DNA of 53,323 bases, taken from NCBI RefSeq assembly GCF_006345805.1, contig NW_021833932.1, positions 1 to 53,323 on the forward strand, read 5' to 3'. Shown one piece after another: positions 12,055 through 23,780 of the stretch. The notes below the pieces were generated by a model, which saw only the letters and a program-made list of their open reading frames with translations, had not been told where the DNA came from and made no database searches. The position numbers and the translations under genes were made by a program. This stretch comes from Octopus sinensis. Lineage: Eukaryota. How positions within the stretch are numbered: position 1 is the stretch's first letter; each line of letters begins with the position of its first letter.

Positions 12055-12270
12055 TTGCGTGTCTGTGTTTGTCCCCCTAGCATTGCTTGACAACCGGTGC
12101 TGGTGTGTTTATGTCCCCGTCACTTAGCGTTTCGGCAAAAGAGACCGATAGAATAAGTACTGGGCTTACAAAAAAGAATAAGTCCTGGGGTCGATTTCTT
12201 CGACTAAAAGCCGGTGCTCCAGCATGGCCGCAGTCAAATGACTGAAACAAGTAAAAGAGAATAAAAGAGG
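11812..12270 (+). mobile_element. SINE family A, full length (tRNA-derived)
   Basis: GGCGCAGGAGTGGCTGTGTGGTAAG (A box)...GGGTTCAGTCCC (B box), central microsatellite, 3' stem-loop CAGTC-AAAT-GACTG and AAAAGAG tail. Confidence 0.92.
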
Positions 12271-12789
12271 AAAAAAAAGTATTGAGTTCTGCTTTTCCTG
12301 TTTATTTTGCCAAACCCATATCACAAACACACACACAGACACAGATACACACACACACACACACACACACATGTGGCCCGCCAGACTACAATTATGAAAG
12401 CGGAAGCATTCTCCCCATTATTCCACGATAATAATATGACGGGATAAATCTAAAACCAGGCAACAGCTTCCTAAAGACCCTCTCTCGAAAAAGTAACTGT
12501 CAAAAGCATGTTAACAGATAAATTACCTCTGTACTGAAGAGCCATAATGTCACAGCACGAAGGAGAAGTTCAATATATGCCCTTTCATTTGCGTTTCGAG
12601 AGAAAGAGAGAGAGAGTCCTGGTGAAGGGTCTAGTTGTCAGACTTTTGGCGCAGATCTCCCTCTTAACGCATTGGTTCGCAAACTAACAAATGACCAATA
12701 TACCACACGCCGCCCACTCTACATGAAAATATTAGCGACTGCTTTGGGCCCTCTTCCTCCTTATTACTGAGAAGCAACAGGATTCACAT

Positions 12790-13205
12790 ACTCTTTACTC
12801 TCTCTCTTTACTCTTTTACTTGTTTCAGTCATTTGACTGCGGCCATGCTGGAGCACCGCTTCCAATCGAGCAACTCGACCCCGGGACTTATTCTTTGTAA
12901 GCCCAGTACCTATTCTATCGGTCTCTTTTGCCGAACCGCTAAGTGACGGGGGTATAAACACACCAGCATCGGTTGTCAAGCAATGCTAGGGGGACAAACA
13001 GACACACAAACATACACGCACACATATACATATACATATATACGACGGGCTTCTTTCAGTTTCTGTCTACCAAATCCACTCACAAGGCTTTGGTCAGCCC
13101 GAGGCTATAGTAGAAGACACTTGCCCAAGATGCCACGCAGTGGGACTGAACCCAGAACCATGTGGTTGGTAAGCAAGCTACTTACCACACAGCCAATCCT
13201 GCGCC
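12790..13205 (-). mobile_element. SINE family A, full length
   Basis: Reverse complement of 11812-12270. Confidence 0.9.
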
Positions 13206-13414
13206 TATATATTTCTAATTCTTTTTTCACCAAGATGCGAAGAATTTAGTAAAATAACTGTCATTATTAAGCTGGCGCCTGGAACATAAGCTAACGTGGT
13301 ATTTTGACGGAAGGTTTTAATGTGGATCATTTCAAAGCAGGAATGAGATGCGGTCTCAAACAAGCCTCATTAGTTTCAAAATTAATTGATACAAAGGCAG
13401 TGTATTTCAACATA

Positions 13415-13805
13415 GGAGGCGCAATGGCCCAGTGGTTAGGGCAGCGGACTCGCGGTCAAAGGATCGCGGTTTCGATTCCCAGACCGGGCGTTGTGAGTGT
13501 TTATTGAGCGAAAACACCTAAAGCTCCACGAGGCTCCGGCAGGGGATCGTGGTGATCCCTGCTGTACTCTTTCACCACAACATTTCTCTCACTCTTACTT
13601 CCTTCCTGTTTCTGTTGTACCTGTATTTCAAAGGGCCGGCCTTGTCACTCTCTGTGTCACGCTGAATATCCCCGAGAACTACGTTAAGGGTACAAGTGTC
13701 TGTGGAGTGCTCAGCCACTTACACGTTAATTTCACGAGCAGGCTGTTCCGTTGATTCGGATCAAGCGGAATCCTCGTCGTCGTAACCGACAGAGTGCTTC
13801 CATCC
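13415..13805 (+). mobile_element. SINE family R (tRNA-Arg-like head), full length with 11-bp TSD
   Basis: TSD ATTTCAACATA at 13404-13414 and 13806-13816; A and B boxes; 3' body shared with 1255-1440. Confidence 0.9.
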
Positions 13806-14127
13806 ATTTCAACATATAACAAATGGGTTGCCATATTTATCTTAATTTTGTTAAACATGCTAAGTTGCCAGTCTCTTCTTGACTCCTCACAGCTTCACCC
13901 CAAGTCCTATGAACGAGGAGCTGACTTTTCCTCTTCACCTCAGTAAGAATTACCAGTTCAATGCAAGTGAGTCTTGTAGTAAAACGAAGTTCTTTAGTTA
14001 GCCAAGGCTTACAATGTAAGGTATAAGAAGCATGCTGGCAGAGAGCTGCGTCTTGTAAAATGCACCATTTTATTCTAGAACACAGTCGAGCCGGATTTCC
14101 TTATTCAAATGAGCATTTTAAAAAATT

Positions 14128-14475
14128 ATCCATCCATCCATTTTCACCGCCTATTATTCTTGGTACGGTCGTAGAAGTAGAGTCCTGCGGCACCTCCTTC
14201 ATAAAGTCGTATCAGAAACAACCGCCATTAAAGTTTATTGCTGGATTCCTAAGCGTAACCAACTAAGAATATGGTTATTGTCCCACCATCTCACTCGTGG
14301 TCTACCCGTAAGTCTCCTGTCAGTTGGCTCGGCTCAAGAATCCGTTTTGCGGTCTTTTCCTGCAACCTTCTAACGACATGTCCGTAATACAGGAGCTGTG
14401 ATCACTCAAAACGGAGAAATAGTGGCTAGAGCTGGACAGACTCCTTGATCACTGATCTACACACATCCTTCAAAA
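14128..14475 (-). mobile_element. RTE-clade LINE 3' fragment (Rex3/Expander-like)
   Basis: Minus-strand translation with frameshifts: SQLLYYGHVVRRLQEKTAKRIL / AEPTDRRLTGRPRVRWWDN; ends in an (ATGG)n tail. Confidence 0.75.
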
Positions 14476-14820
14476 ACTAGCCTGCCGCTCGCCTGCTTTT
14501 TGTTGAGCTTACTTTCTCGCTTAACACTCGTAAATTTTTGACACTGCCTTTCATTAATACTGAAGGAGATCAGCCTTTTTTGCAAACCGGAATTCAGACC
14601 GTGAATGACAATCCGCCATTATACACACGCGCGCGCACGCACGTGTATATGGTTTAATCCAAGATGGAGACGAACACCATTCCACCATGTAATCGGCTTG
14701 AAAAATTGTTAAGATATTAAGATTTTTTCTTAACGTGAAACCAATGGTAGCCTTAATATACAATAAAGAAATTTTATCCACTAATGAGGTGTTGAGCACT
14801 CATTCTTATTGTTCGACATA

Positions 14821-15223
14821 TACTCTTTTACTCTTTTTTTACTTGTTTCAGTCATTTGACTGCGGCCATGCTGGAGCACCGCCTTTAGTCGAGCAAATCG
14901 ACCCCGGGACTTATTCTTTGTAAGCCCAGTACTTATTCTATCGGTCTCTTTTGCCGAACCGCTAAGTGACGGGGACGTAAACACACCAGCATCGGTTGTC
15001 AAGCAATGCTAGGGCGACAAACACAGACACACAAACATATACACACACACTTATTATATTATATACATATATACGACAGGCTTCTTTCAGTTTCCGTCTA
15101 CCAAATCCACTCACAAGGCATTGGTCGGCCCGGGGCTATAGCAGAAGACACCTGCCCAAGATGCCACACAGTGGGACTGAACCCGGAACCATGTGGTTGG
15201 TTAGCAAGCTACTTACCACACAG
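14821..15223 (-). mobile_element. SINE family A
   Basis: Reverse complement of the family A consensus seen in the window. Confidence 0.9.
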
Positions 15224-15508
15224 CAATACCTAACCAGATTGAAACTAAATATTACATATAAGCCATTTAAAAAAATTATAAAGACTTCCAACTCCTCATC
15301 AAAATATTAATCTAATGCATGGAATGTTTGCTATTCGGTAAATGGTTGCTATTTCGATGGTATACAGGCATAATTTCCTCTAACCATTCTAGTTCAATGT
15401 ATTTACTAGCAGTATTGAATCACATATGATGTGAGTGAAGATCTAGAAATTAATATGGTGCTATGGAAACAGAAACTTCAGCTGTCTTCTCTATGTGGTC
15501 ATTTCCTC

Positions 15509-15543
<35 letters not shown>

Positions 15544-15555
15544 CATACATGTATG

Positions 15556-15597
<42 letters not shown>

Positions 15598-15936
15598 ATA
15601 TATATATAATATTATATATATAATACATACATATATATATATGTATATATATATATACATAAATATATATGTATATTTATATATATATATATATATCTTA
15701 TATATATATGTTATATATACATATATATATATATGTATGTATATATGTATACATCTATACATATACATATTATATATATGAGTATATGTGTGTATGTACG
15801 TATGTACGTACGTACGTATGTATGTATGTATGTATGTATGTATGTATGTATGTATGTATGTATGTATGTATTATGTATGTATGTATGTATGTATGTATGT
15901 ATGTATGTATGTATGTATGTATGTATGTGTATATAT

Positions 15937-16445
15937 GAATCTGCATCAAACTTTGCCAAAAGCTTGGCGATACCTGCACAGAGGCCTACGCAAAGTTTTC
16001 AAAAAGCTTTCATCGTTCTGGTCACAATCATAGAGATCTTGTGCAACTGAAACCCGGGTGTCTTTTTGGTCAGCTGATAGTAGTTTTGGCACAAACTTGG
16101 CAGACACGTGTCTCATACCCAAATCTTTAGTGATAATGGACTAAAACTGAAGCGTAACTAAACGGCACATCCTCTGATAACTCACGGATGACGATTCGAC
16201 GATTTCCCTTCCCAGCTGCACGCACATCCGCAATGTTTTTCTCAGTTCTGCTGGTTGCGGGTCTCCCAGAACGTTCGTCAATATCGACATTTTTCGGCCA
16301 TCTTGTAAAAGTCTGAACCACTCGTACAGTTGTGTGCAGCTCATAAACTCCTCTCCATACGGTTTCTGCAACTTTGCGTAGACCTCTGAACAGGTATCGC
16401 CAAGACAAGTTGAAATATGCCACAAACATATTTTAACCAATCTAA
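15937..16445 (-). pseudogene. mariner (Tc1/mariner) transposase N-terminal remnant with an inverted second N-terminus
   Basis: Minus strand with frameshifts: LGDTCSEVYAKLQKPYGEEFMSCTQLYEWFR / DERSGRPATSRTEKNIADVR...RRIVIRELSED / KDLGMRHVSAKFVPKLLSADQKDTRVSVAQDL...DESFLKT. Plus strand 15939-15997: ICIKLCQKLGDTCTEAYAK. Confidence 0.88.
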
Positions 16446-16976
16446 AGTTTGCGTATATATATATGTGTGTGTGAGTGTGGGTGTGTGGGGGTTGGGGTGT
16501 TTGTATGTATGTATGTATGTATGTATGTATGTATGTATGTATGAATGTATGTATGCATGCATGCATGCATGTATGTATGTACGTACGTATGTATGAATGT
16601 GTATATGTCAAGGCCTTTGGCACAATTTTCTTCTAATTATTTTACTCATGAAGTTATGACAGAAAACATTTGTCCAAGGTACCACTAAACAGAAACGAAC
16701 GCAAGACTACGTGGTTATGATGCGAATTTACTGTAGAACCATATTTGTATTTGTGTGTGCGCGCGCGCAGGAGTGCGTGTGTATGCGAGCGAGGACGTCT
16801 TGGCCCACGTCGACTGGTGTAAAACCAATGCGACAAATGCTATCCACTTTATGCCAATGCATAACTTGACGATTCGTTAAACAGAAACCATTAGAAATTT
16901 GTGAAAATACCTGCCTAAAAGAAATGCAAGGGTCGATATGATAGCCAAAAAACCTTGCCCCAGCATGTCCTCAGTC

Positions 16977-17408
16977 GGATCTTTCCGGTTTGAACGGCAG
17001 TTTTTAACATAATTTCTAGGTAACTAAACACTTTTAACCTTCGTATACTGGTAGAATGTGTTAATAAAACATCTTTTTCTCTTGGCTTTATTGAGAAAAT
17101 TCTATAGTTTGTAAGATATTTGTTGTTTTTTTCTTCAATTTCTGCAATTTCAACCAATCAATGACGTGTATTGAGGTAAAAAAACATTCTGTGCCGTATG
17201 AATATGTCCCTCGTTTAAGAAACAGATTGGGTTTATTTACATTTGTGAAGAAAAAAAGATACCCTTCCCCTCAACCCTAACCCTTAACTAACCCTAACTA
17301 ACCCTAAAACAGATTGAAATGCAATAGATCGATACTAGGGTCATAATTATGGGTGACAATTTCATATGACACCGAGAGAAAAAACTGCCGTTCAAACCGA
17401 AAAGATCC
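16977..17408 (+). mobile_element. MITE M1 copy 2
   Basis: TIRs; perfect 8-bp TSD CCTCAGTC (16969-16976 / 17409-17416). Confidence 0.95.
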
Positions 17409-17755
17409 CCTCAGTCTAATGACTGTAACCAGTAAAAGACTAAAAGAGCATATACGTATGAAAAAACGCGCTTGCGCAGAGACCTCCACACGATTTATCT
17501 TCGCAGTGCTTTATGGCCTAGTTTACTACGAGTCACCGCCACACACACACACACATATCCACAATATTCTCACGCGCGCGCGCGCGCACACACGTCACAC
17601 AAACGAAAAACGTCCCAAAGAGAAATTGTTTAACGCCGTCAGCAACACGACTACCCTCCTCATTCCCCCTCATCCACCACCACCACCACCAACTACTTCC
17701 TTTCCTCTTCTGTGGCCTCATTCTCTCCCTTCCCCCTCTCTCTCTCTCTTACTTG

Positions 17756-17794
<39 letters not shown>

Positions 17795-17992
17795 TTCTCT
17801 CTCTAGTGATTCCAAATATCCGTTAACAAACCATTCCACTTAAAATTCCATCTCCACCGTCAGCACCACCGTCGCCGCCGACAATTACACGTAACACTCT
17901 CTCTCCTTCCCTCACTCTCTATTTCCCTTTGTCACTAGCTGGCTCTCCCTTTTTGTTTCTCTCTTTCCCTCTCTCTCTCTCTCCAATCTCTC

Positions 17993-18027
<35 letters not shown>

Positions 18028-18159
18028 GTATACATATTTGTTATGTATGTATATAAATATATATATGCATGGATTATATTTATAGAGAGAAAGACGACGG
18101 GAGATAGATATATTTCCATACCGATACATATGTTTATGTATGTAAATATATATATACAT

Positions 18160-18225
<66 letters not shown>

Positions 18226-18290
18226 AGACTGAATGTTTTTTTATATATATGAACGTGAAATACAGGAAGGGATATATATATATATATACA

Positions 18291-18326
<36 letters not shown>

Positions 18327-18362
18327 TATATATAATATATCTATATATATTATATATATATA

Positions 18363-18396
<34 letters not shown>

Positions 18397-18951
18397 ATAT
18401 ATAATATATATATAATGCCTACACCATACATAATCAAAAATGTATATATACATATACATATTTTCCCTCCTGTTTCTCTTTCTCTCTATCTCCCTCTCCT
18501 TATCTCCCTCTCTATCTCTCTCTTTCTCTTTCTCTCTACCTTTCTCTCTCTCCCCTCTCTCTCTCGCTCCTTCTCGCTCACATACAACACACATTATTAT
18601 AAATATTTTCAGGCACCATTTTAATTTCCAAAGTGTATGAGACGGGGGGGGGTGCGATTTCAATTTATAAATTTCATTTTTTCTTTCTTCTTATTATTAT
18701 TATTTCTCTTGGGATTTATATCCACAAGTGTTTCAGGTGAGGAAAAGAGGAAATAAATTCTGCTGAAGTATTGACGGGTTGTACCCAAAAGACTATGTAA
18801 CTAGACGCGTATGTCCGTCCGCCTGTGAGTGTGTGTGTGTGTGTGTGTGCGTATGTGTGTGTGTGATTACAGACATGCATATATTACATACACACATACA
18901 TACGCACACACATGTATATGTAAGTGTGGCTGTGTGTGTGTATGAATATAT

Positions 18952-19020
<69 letters not shown>

Positions 19021-19151
19021 TTAGATTTTTTAATATATATATATATGTTGTACCAGTAGGCATGGGTGTTGAGAAGTAGTATACGACATATAGGTGGTGG
19101 TTTCGAATCTCTGCCAGAAATTACAAGAGATCTATTAAAAAAGTTTTCAGC

Positions 19152-19213
19152 GCTGGTGCCCCACCATGGCCGCGGCCTTCGGGCTAGAACATTTTTAAGG
19201 ATTTCAGGATTTA
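19152..19213 (+). mobile_element. Extreme 3' tail of the same CR1-group LINE as 11128-11540
   Basis: GGTGCCCCACCATGGCCGCGGCCTTCGGGCTAGAACATTTTTAAGGATTT matches the minus strand of 11128-11185. Confidence 0.8.
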
Positions 19214-19261
19214 TATATAAGAATACAAAATGGAACAAGAACACAAAACATCCAGAAGACG

Positions 19262-19298
<37 letters not shown>

Positions 19299-19334
19299 GT
19301 GTGTGTGTGTGTGTGTGTGTGTCACATTTTTTTC

Positions 19335-19600
19335 TTCCTTGTTTTTACCCCTCTGCGAAGTAATTTTATTTAATTCTCTCGCAGGAAGGGTTAGTTCGAC
19401 GAGTCGTGTTCTGTCCTCACCTTCGAAACACGCTGGAGTTGAACTAGGGACAGCTGATGAAGGGGATTTTTCCTTGTGTAGTTGTCTTGTACTCTGTTTT
19501 TTCGTTGTAAAAAAAATGGTCCGTTCCTTGCTTGTCTTTACGTTTTCGTTTCTCGTTGAGTTCTACGTCTATTTGTGGTGTCCTGTACTCACGTATATAT
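19335..19600 (+). mobile_element. Second Penelope-like terminal repeat family (related minus copy at ~20700-20880)
   Basis: GACAGCTGATGAAGGGG...TTGTCTTGTACTCTGTTTTTTCG resembles the minus strand of 20700-20880 (GACAACTGCTGAAGGG...TTGTCTTGTTTTCC). The PLE assignment is inferred from style only. Confidence 0.4.
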
Positions 19601-19750
19601 ATTTATATATGCATGATATACATGTAGATGTAGGTACGTACATATATGTATGTATTATGCATATATTTTTTTTATTACACTATGTATGACTGAGCGCCTT
19701 CGCGTCGATTCGATTCATTTCGTTTCGTTTCTTCTTCTCCTAGTACAGTT

Positions 19751-19792
<42 letters not shown>

Positions 19793-20091
19793 ATATAGTA
19801 ATGTCATGTTATATGGCTTGTTTTTTTTGTATTAAAAGATTATCTACGGATGTGGTCCACTTTGTTGATCAAAACCTTTCTCCATTTTCTGATTATTTAA
19901 ACTTGATTCCTGGCGAAATGTTATTTATTCCGTTGTTACCTGTACCCTACGAGCATAGTCTACCTGCATACCCATATCCAGGGATAGCACAGGTAACTGA
20001 TACCGACAGTAAATACGGATATTTTTATCCCTTGGTCGGTTACTACAACCGCTAACTCTGGTTACCTCTAATATAGATAGCATATATATAT

Positions 20092-20270
20092 GGCGTAACT
20101 TCGGTATAAGTACCGGAAGTACCGGATACATTTCAAGAAAGTGTTTTTTTTCATATATATATATATGGGGGATTAGGGTTAGGGTTAGGGTTAGGGTTAG
20201 GGGTGGGAGAAAAGGATTTCTGCTATCTTCAGAAATGTAAACAAAGTCACGTGTATTCCGAAGCATCGCC
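20092..20270 (+). mobile_element. MITE family M2 (GG termini, telomeric repeats), copy 1
   Basis: Imperfect 17-bp TIR GGCGTAACTTCGGTATA / TATTCCGAAGCATCGCC; flanks ATATATAT / ATATACAT; (TTAGGG)5 inside. Confidence 0.8.
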
Positions 20271-20308
<38 letters not shown>

Positions 20309-20317
20309 AACACACAC

Positions 20318-20348
<31 letters not shown>

Positions 20349-20538
20349 ATATATATATATATATTATATATATATATATATATATATTAAGTAGGTGAAT
20401 GAATTATCCTATGTTTATCGTCAGCATGGAAAATTCGTTTAACCGAACCTGGGTAGCAAATTCACGACAGAAAACACGGTTGAAGCGACCTGTCAAGGGT
20501 AGAAACTCCGGGTTCATGTGCAAAAAGTTGTGTGTTGT

Positions 20539-20683
20539 ATATGAATGAATGACAAAAGGAGTCGAACGAAGATGTTAACAAAATTCCTTTACTCTCAAAA
20601 ATATGCTGTCTTCGAAACATGTGTCGAGAGTAAAGGAATTTTGTTAACATCTTCGTTCGACTCCTTTCTTTCATTCATTCATA
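20539..20683. repeat. Perfect 42-bp hairpin (extends imperfectly to ~58 bp), 29-nt loop
   Basis: 20555-20596 is the exact reverse complement of 20626-20667. Confidence 0.92.
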
Positions 20684-20884
20684 TATATATATATAATACG
20701 CAAATAACGAGAGAAAAAATGGAAAACAAGACAATACAAAGAACGACCCTTCAGCAGTTGTCGGCTGTCTATCTATTCCCCATTTCGAGCAATCTTCCAC
20801 TTTTTTGCTCTCGTTATTTGCGTATTTACTCATTTGTTTTCGTATTTCATGTTGTTTACTGTTAGTGACGTCCTGTACCCATAA

Positions 20885-20931
<47 letters not shown>

Positions 20932-20956
20932 TATATATACACATATACATACATAT

Positions 20957-21263
20957 TCTTTTATTTGTTTCAGTCATTTGACTGCGGCCATGCTGGAGCA
21001 CCGCCTCTGGTCGAACAAATCGACCCCAGGACTTATTCTTTGTAAGCCTAGTAGTTATTCTATCGGTTTCGTTTGTCGAACCGCTAATGTTACAGGGACA
21101 CAAACACACCCGCATCGGTTGTCAAGCGATGGTGGGGGGGGACAAACACAGACACGCAAACATATAGCCTGAGGCTATAGTAGAAGACACTTGCACAAGG
21201 TGCCACGCAGTGGGACTGAACCCGGAACCATTTGGTTGGTAAGCAAGCTACTTACCACACAGC
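20957..21263 (-). mobile_element. SINE family A with an internal deletion
   Basis: Tail and head present; the central segment is missing at ~21168. Confidence 0.85.
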
Positions 21264-21283
21264 TACACCTGCACCTATATGTA

Positions 21284-21330
<47 letters not shown>

Positions 21331-21446
21331 TAATATAGATTACTATATATATATTTATAAGGGAGAAGGGGAAGAGTGGGAGGGAGATAGGGAAGGGAAG
21401 GAGAGGAGGCGAGTGTGTGTGTGTGCACACGTTTGTCGCTAATTAG

Positions 21447-21489
<43 letters not shown>

Positions 21490-21569
21490 CATGCATACAT
21501 ACATATAGAATATATATTACTATATATATTTAAAGTGTAATATATATATATTATATATTATATATATAT

Positions 21570-21683
<114 letters not shown>

Positions 21684-22536
21684 TTGGTGTAAATTTTAAT
21701 CACGTCAATTTTGAACGTACTCACACCTCAAAATCGTGCGAGTGCGCACACATTCTCAGTTCTCTCCATACACAAATTTACACGCATACACATATATATG
21801 TATATGAAAAATAAAATACACATATGTATGTTTATAGATGTGTGTGTGTCCAAAACATGACTTGAGTTATTAATAATACGCCATAAATCTTTTCAAGTTT
21901 TCTGTTATTGTACAACAAAAACAACAAAACGACGTCTTAAAAATGTCGACGTTTCAAGTGTCCAAAAACATATTGTCAGGATTTAGTTTAAATCCCAACA
22001 TTTACCGTTATCTTCGTGCTTTGGTACGCAGATTAGCCGATGTTGTTTAGCTTCGAATTGGCTGCTGAGATCAAAGGCATTCCAGCCATGACCAGCTTAT
22101 CTTCATTTTCAGTTTTAGCTGTATTTAATTTTATATTTCCCTTTTTTTTTTCTTATTTTTCTCGGGAACTTTGTAACCCAAATTACACTATTTCAATGTG
22201 TCCCGTCTTTTTCGAGACTGTAATCAAGTTATAAAGGAGCGTGGCCCAGCGATTTGTACGTATAGTGATGAATCACAAGCTGGAAGAGAGAGAGGGAGGA
22301 AGAGAGAAAAGAAGGGTGAGAGAGAGAGTATGTGTGTGTATCCGCGCGTGCGTCGCTAATTCGTTATATCCCTCCTTTCTCCTGGTTTCAATATCCTCAG
22401 TGGGACAGTACTACATTATATAATTGTATGTTAACATTTTTTTTTCACACGCATGCATATTCCCACGTGTCTCCAACACCAACCCACCCAGATTGCTTCC
22501 ACAATCTTTCTGCCCCCTCACGAGTGGAAAAACAGC

Positions 22537-22957
22537 GGATCTTTTCGGCTTGAACGGCAGTTTTTTTCTAGCGGTGTCATATGAAATTGTCACCCATAAT
22601 TATGACCCTACTATCGATCTATTGCATTTCAATCTGTTTTAGGGTCAGGGTTAGGGGGTGGAGGAAAGGGTATCTTTTTTTCTTCAGAAATGTAAATAAA
22701 CCCAATCTGTTTCTTAAACGAGGGACATATTCATACGGCACAGAATGTTTTTTTTACCTCAATGGACGTCATTGATTGGTTGAAATTGCAGAAATTGAAG
22801 AAAAAAACAACAAATATCTTACAAACTATAGAATTTTCTCAATAAAACCAAGAGAAAAAGATGTTTTATAAACACATTCTACCAGTATACGAAGTTTAAA
22901 AGTGTTTAGTTACGTGGAAATTATTTTTAAAAACTGCCGTTCAAACCGAAAAGATCC
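22537..22957 (-). mobile_element. MITE M1 copy 3 (reverse orientation)
   Basis: TIRs; perfect TSD AAAACAGC (22529-22536 / 22958-22965). Confidence 0.95.
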
Positions 22958-22965
22958 AAAACAGC

Positions 22966-23495
22966 CTGCAGCTCCAAGAGCTGAAAGTTCATCTTAAGGT
23001 ATCGTGCAAACCCATCAAACTGTTAGGAAATTGGTAATCACCGGTGCCGCATCAATGATTAGCACCATCAGGAAAAAATTGAGGACAAAATAAAACTTCC
23101 GTCATAATAACCTAACTGTATTCAACAGAGAATGTAACCTACCGAATGTTAAAATCTGGGGGTTGGGGAAACGAAAAGTATGCTTGCTGCATGGGTGAAC
23201 GACAAAATTCAACGCAACGTGCGTGTCGTTAAATCAATTTATCACGATGGAAAAAGCAAGAAATATCTCTCAAGCGCTTACAAAAAGGAAGATAATTCAG
23301 AAGCATTTACAGATTGGTTTGATAGATTTAAATAGCATTATAACTTACACAGCAAAAGTATGTCTCGTAAAGCTGCAAGCACAGGAATTTCTTCACGTTC
23401 ATACGAATTATCATCGAATGAGGCAACTAACTATCTTTCTCGTCTTGTATTCAATGTACATGAATAGGTCTTTTCTAGGGAAAAAATATCATCCC
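22966..23495 (+). pseudogene. Tigger/pogo transposase remnant (HTH CENP-B region to start of DDE domain)
   Basis: Frameshifted translation: SMISTIRKK / SMLAAWVNDKIQRNV / SLNQFITMEKARNI / DWFDRFK*HYNLHSKSMSRKAAS / LVFNVHE / GLF..KI. This matches Tigger ...GWFxRFKxR...GEAASAD...QVFNVDETGLFWKKMP. Confidence 0.75.
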
Positions 23496-23780
23496 GAAAA
23501 GGACCGCTGGGTCATGCTTTTGCAGTCGGTATTCGTACTAAAAATCGAGATCGGTTGAGTTCTTTCGCTTTAATACGACGTATGGTTTTCGTCCACGCTG
23601 AGCTTTCCTTGGGATAACTGTGTTAGCGTTTGTCAAACGTACTACCCAGTCAAACTCCTCGCCCGACACTGTTCTCGACCAAGGCTCGCGCATCAGCTAT
23701 GTCGGGGTGCTCGGTATGCACCGCACACTTCACATCCGCTCTTCCACTTTCACCACCTGAGTTACTTGAAAGGTGATGTT
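23496..23780 (-). pseudogene. Degenerate 28S (LSU) rRNA fragment
   Basis: The plus strand matches antisense LSU: AAAGGA..G.T.GG.CATGCTTT.GCAGTC.GTATTCGTACT.AAAATC.AGATC...GCTGAGCT..CCTT.GGA.A.CTG.GTTA.CGTTTG.CA.A.GTAC..CCCAGTCAAACTCC.CGCC.GACACTGT, with many substitutions in universally conserved positions. Confidence 0.8.

Noticed and set aside
13415-13490. Functional tRNA-Arg gene
   Set aside because: No proper acceptor stem, and it is continuous with a SINE body flanked by a TSD; the same applies to all tRNA-like heads here.
19420-19480. CTGATGA with an upstream CGAAAC as a complete hammerhead
   Set aside because: No GAAA follows the putative stem II, and consistent stems I and III could not be drawn.
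23496-23780. Functional rDNA unit or R2/R4 target site
   Set aside because: Short, isolated, mutated in invariant positions, and it does not include the R2/R4 insertion region.
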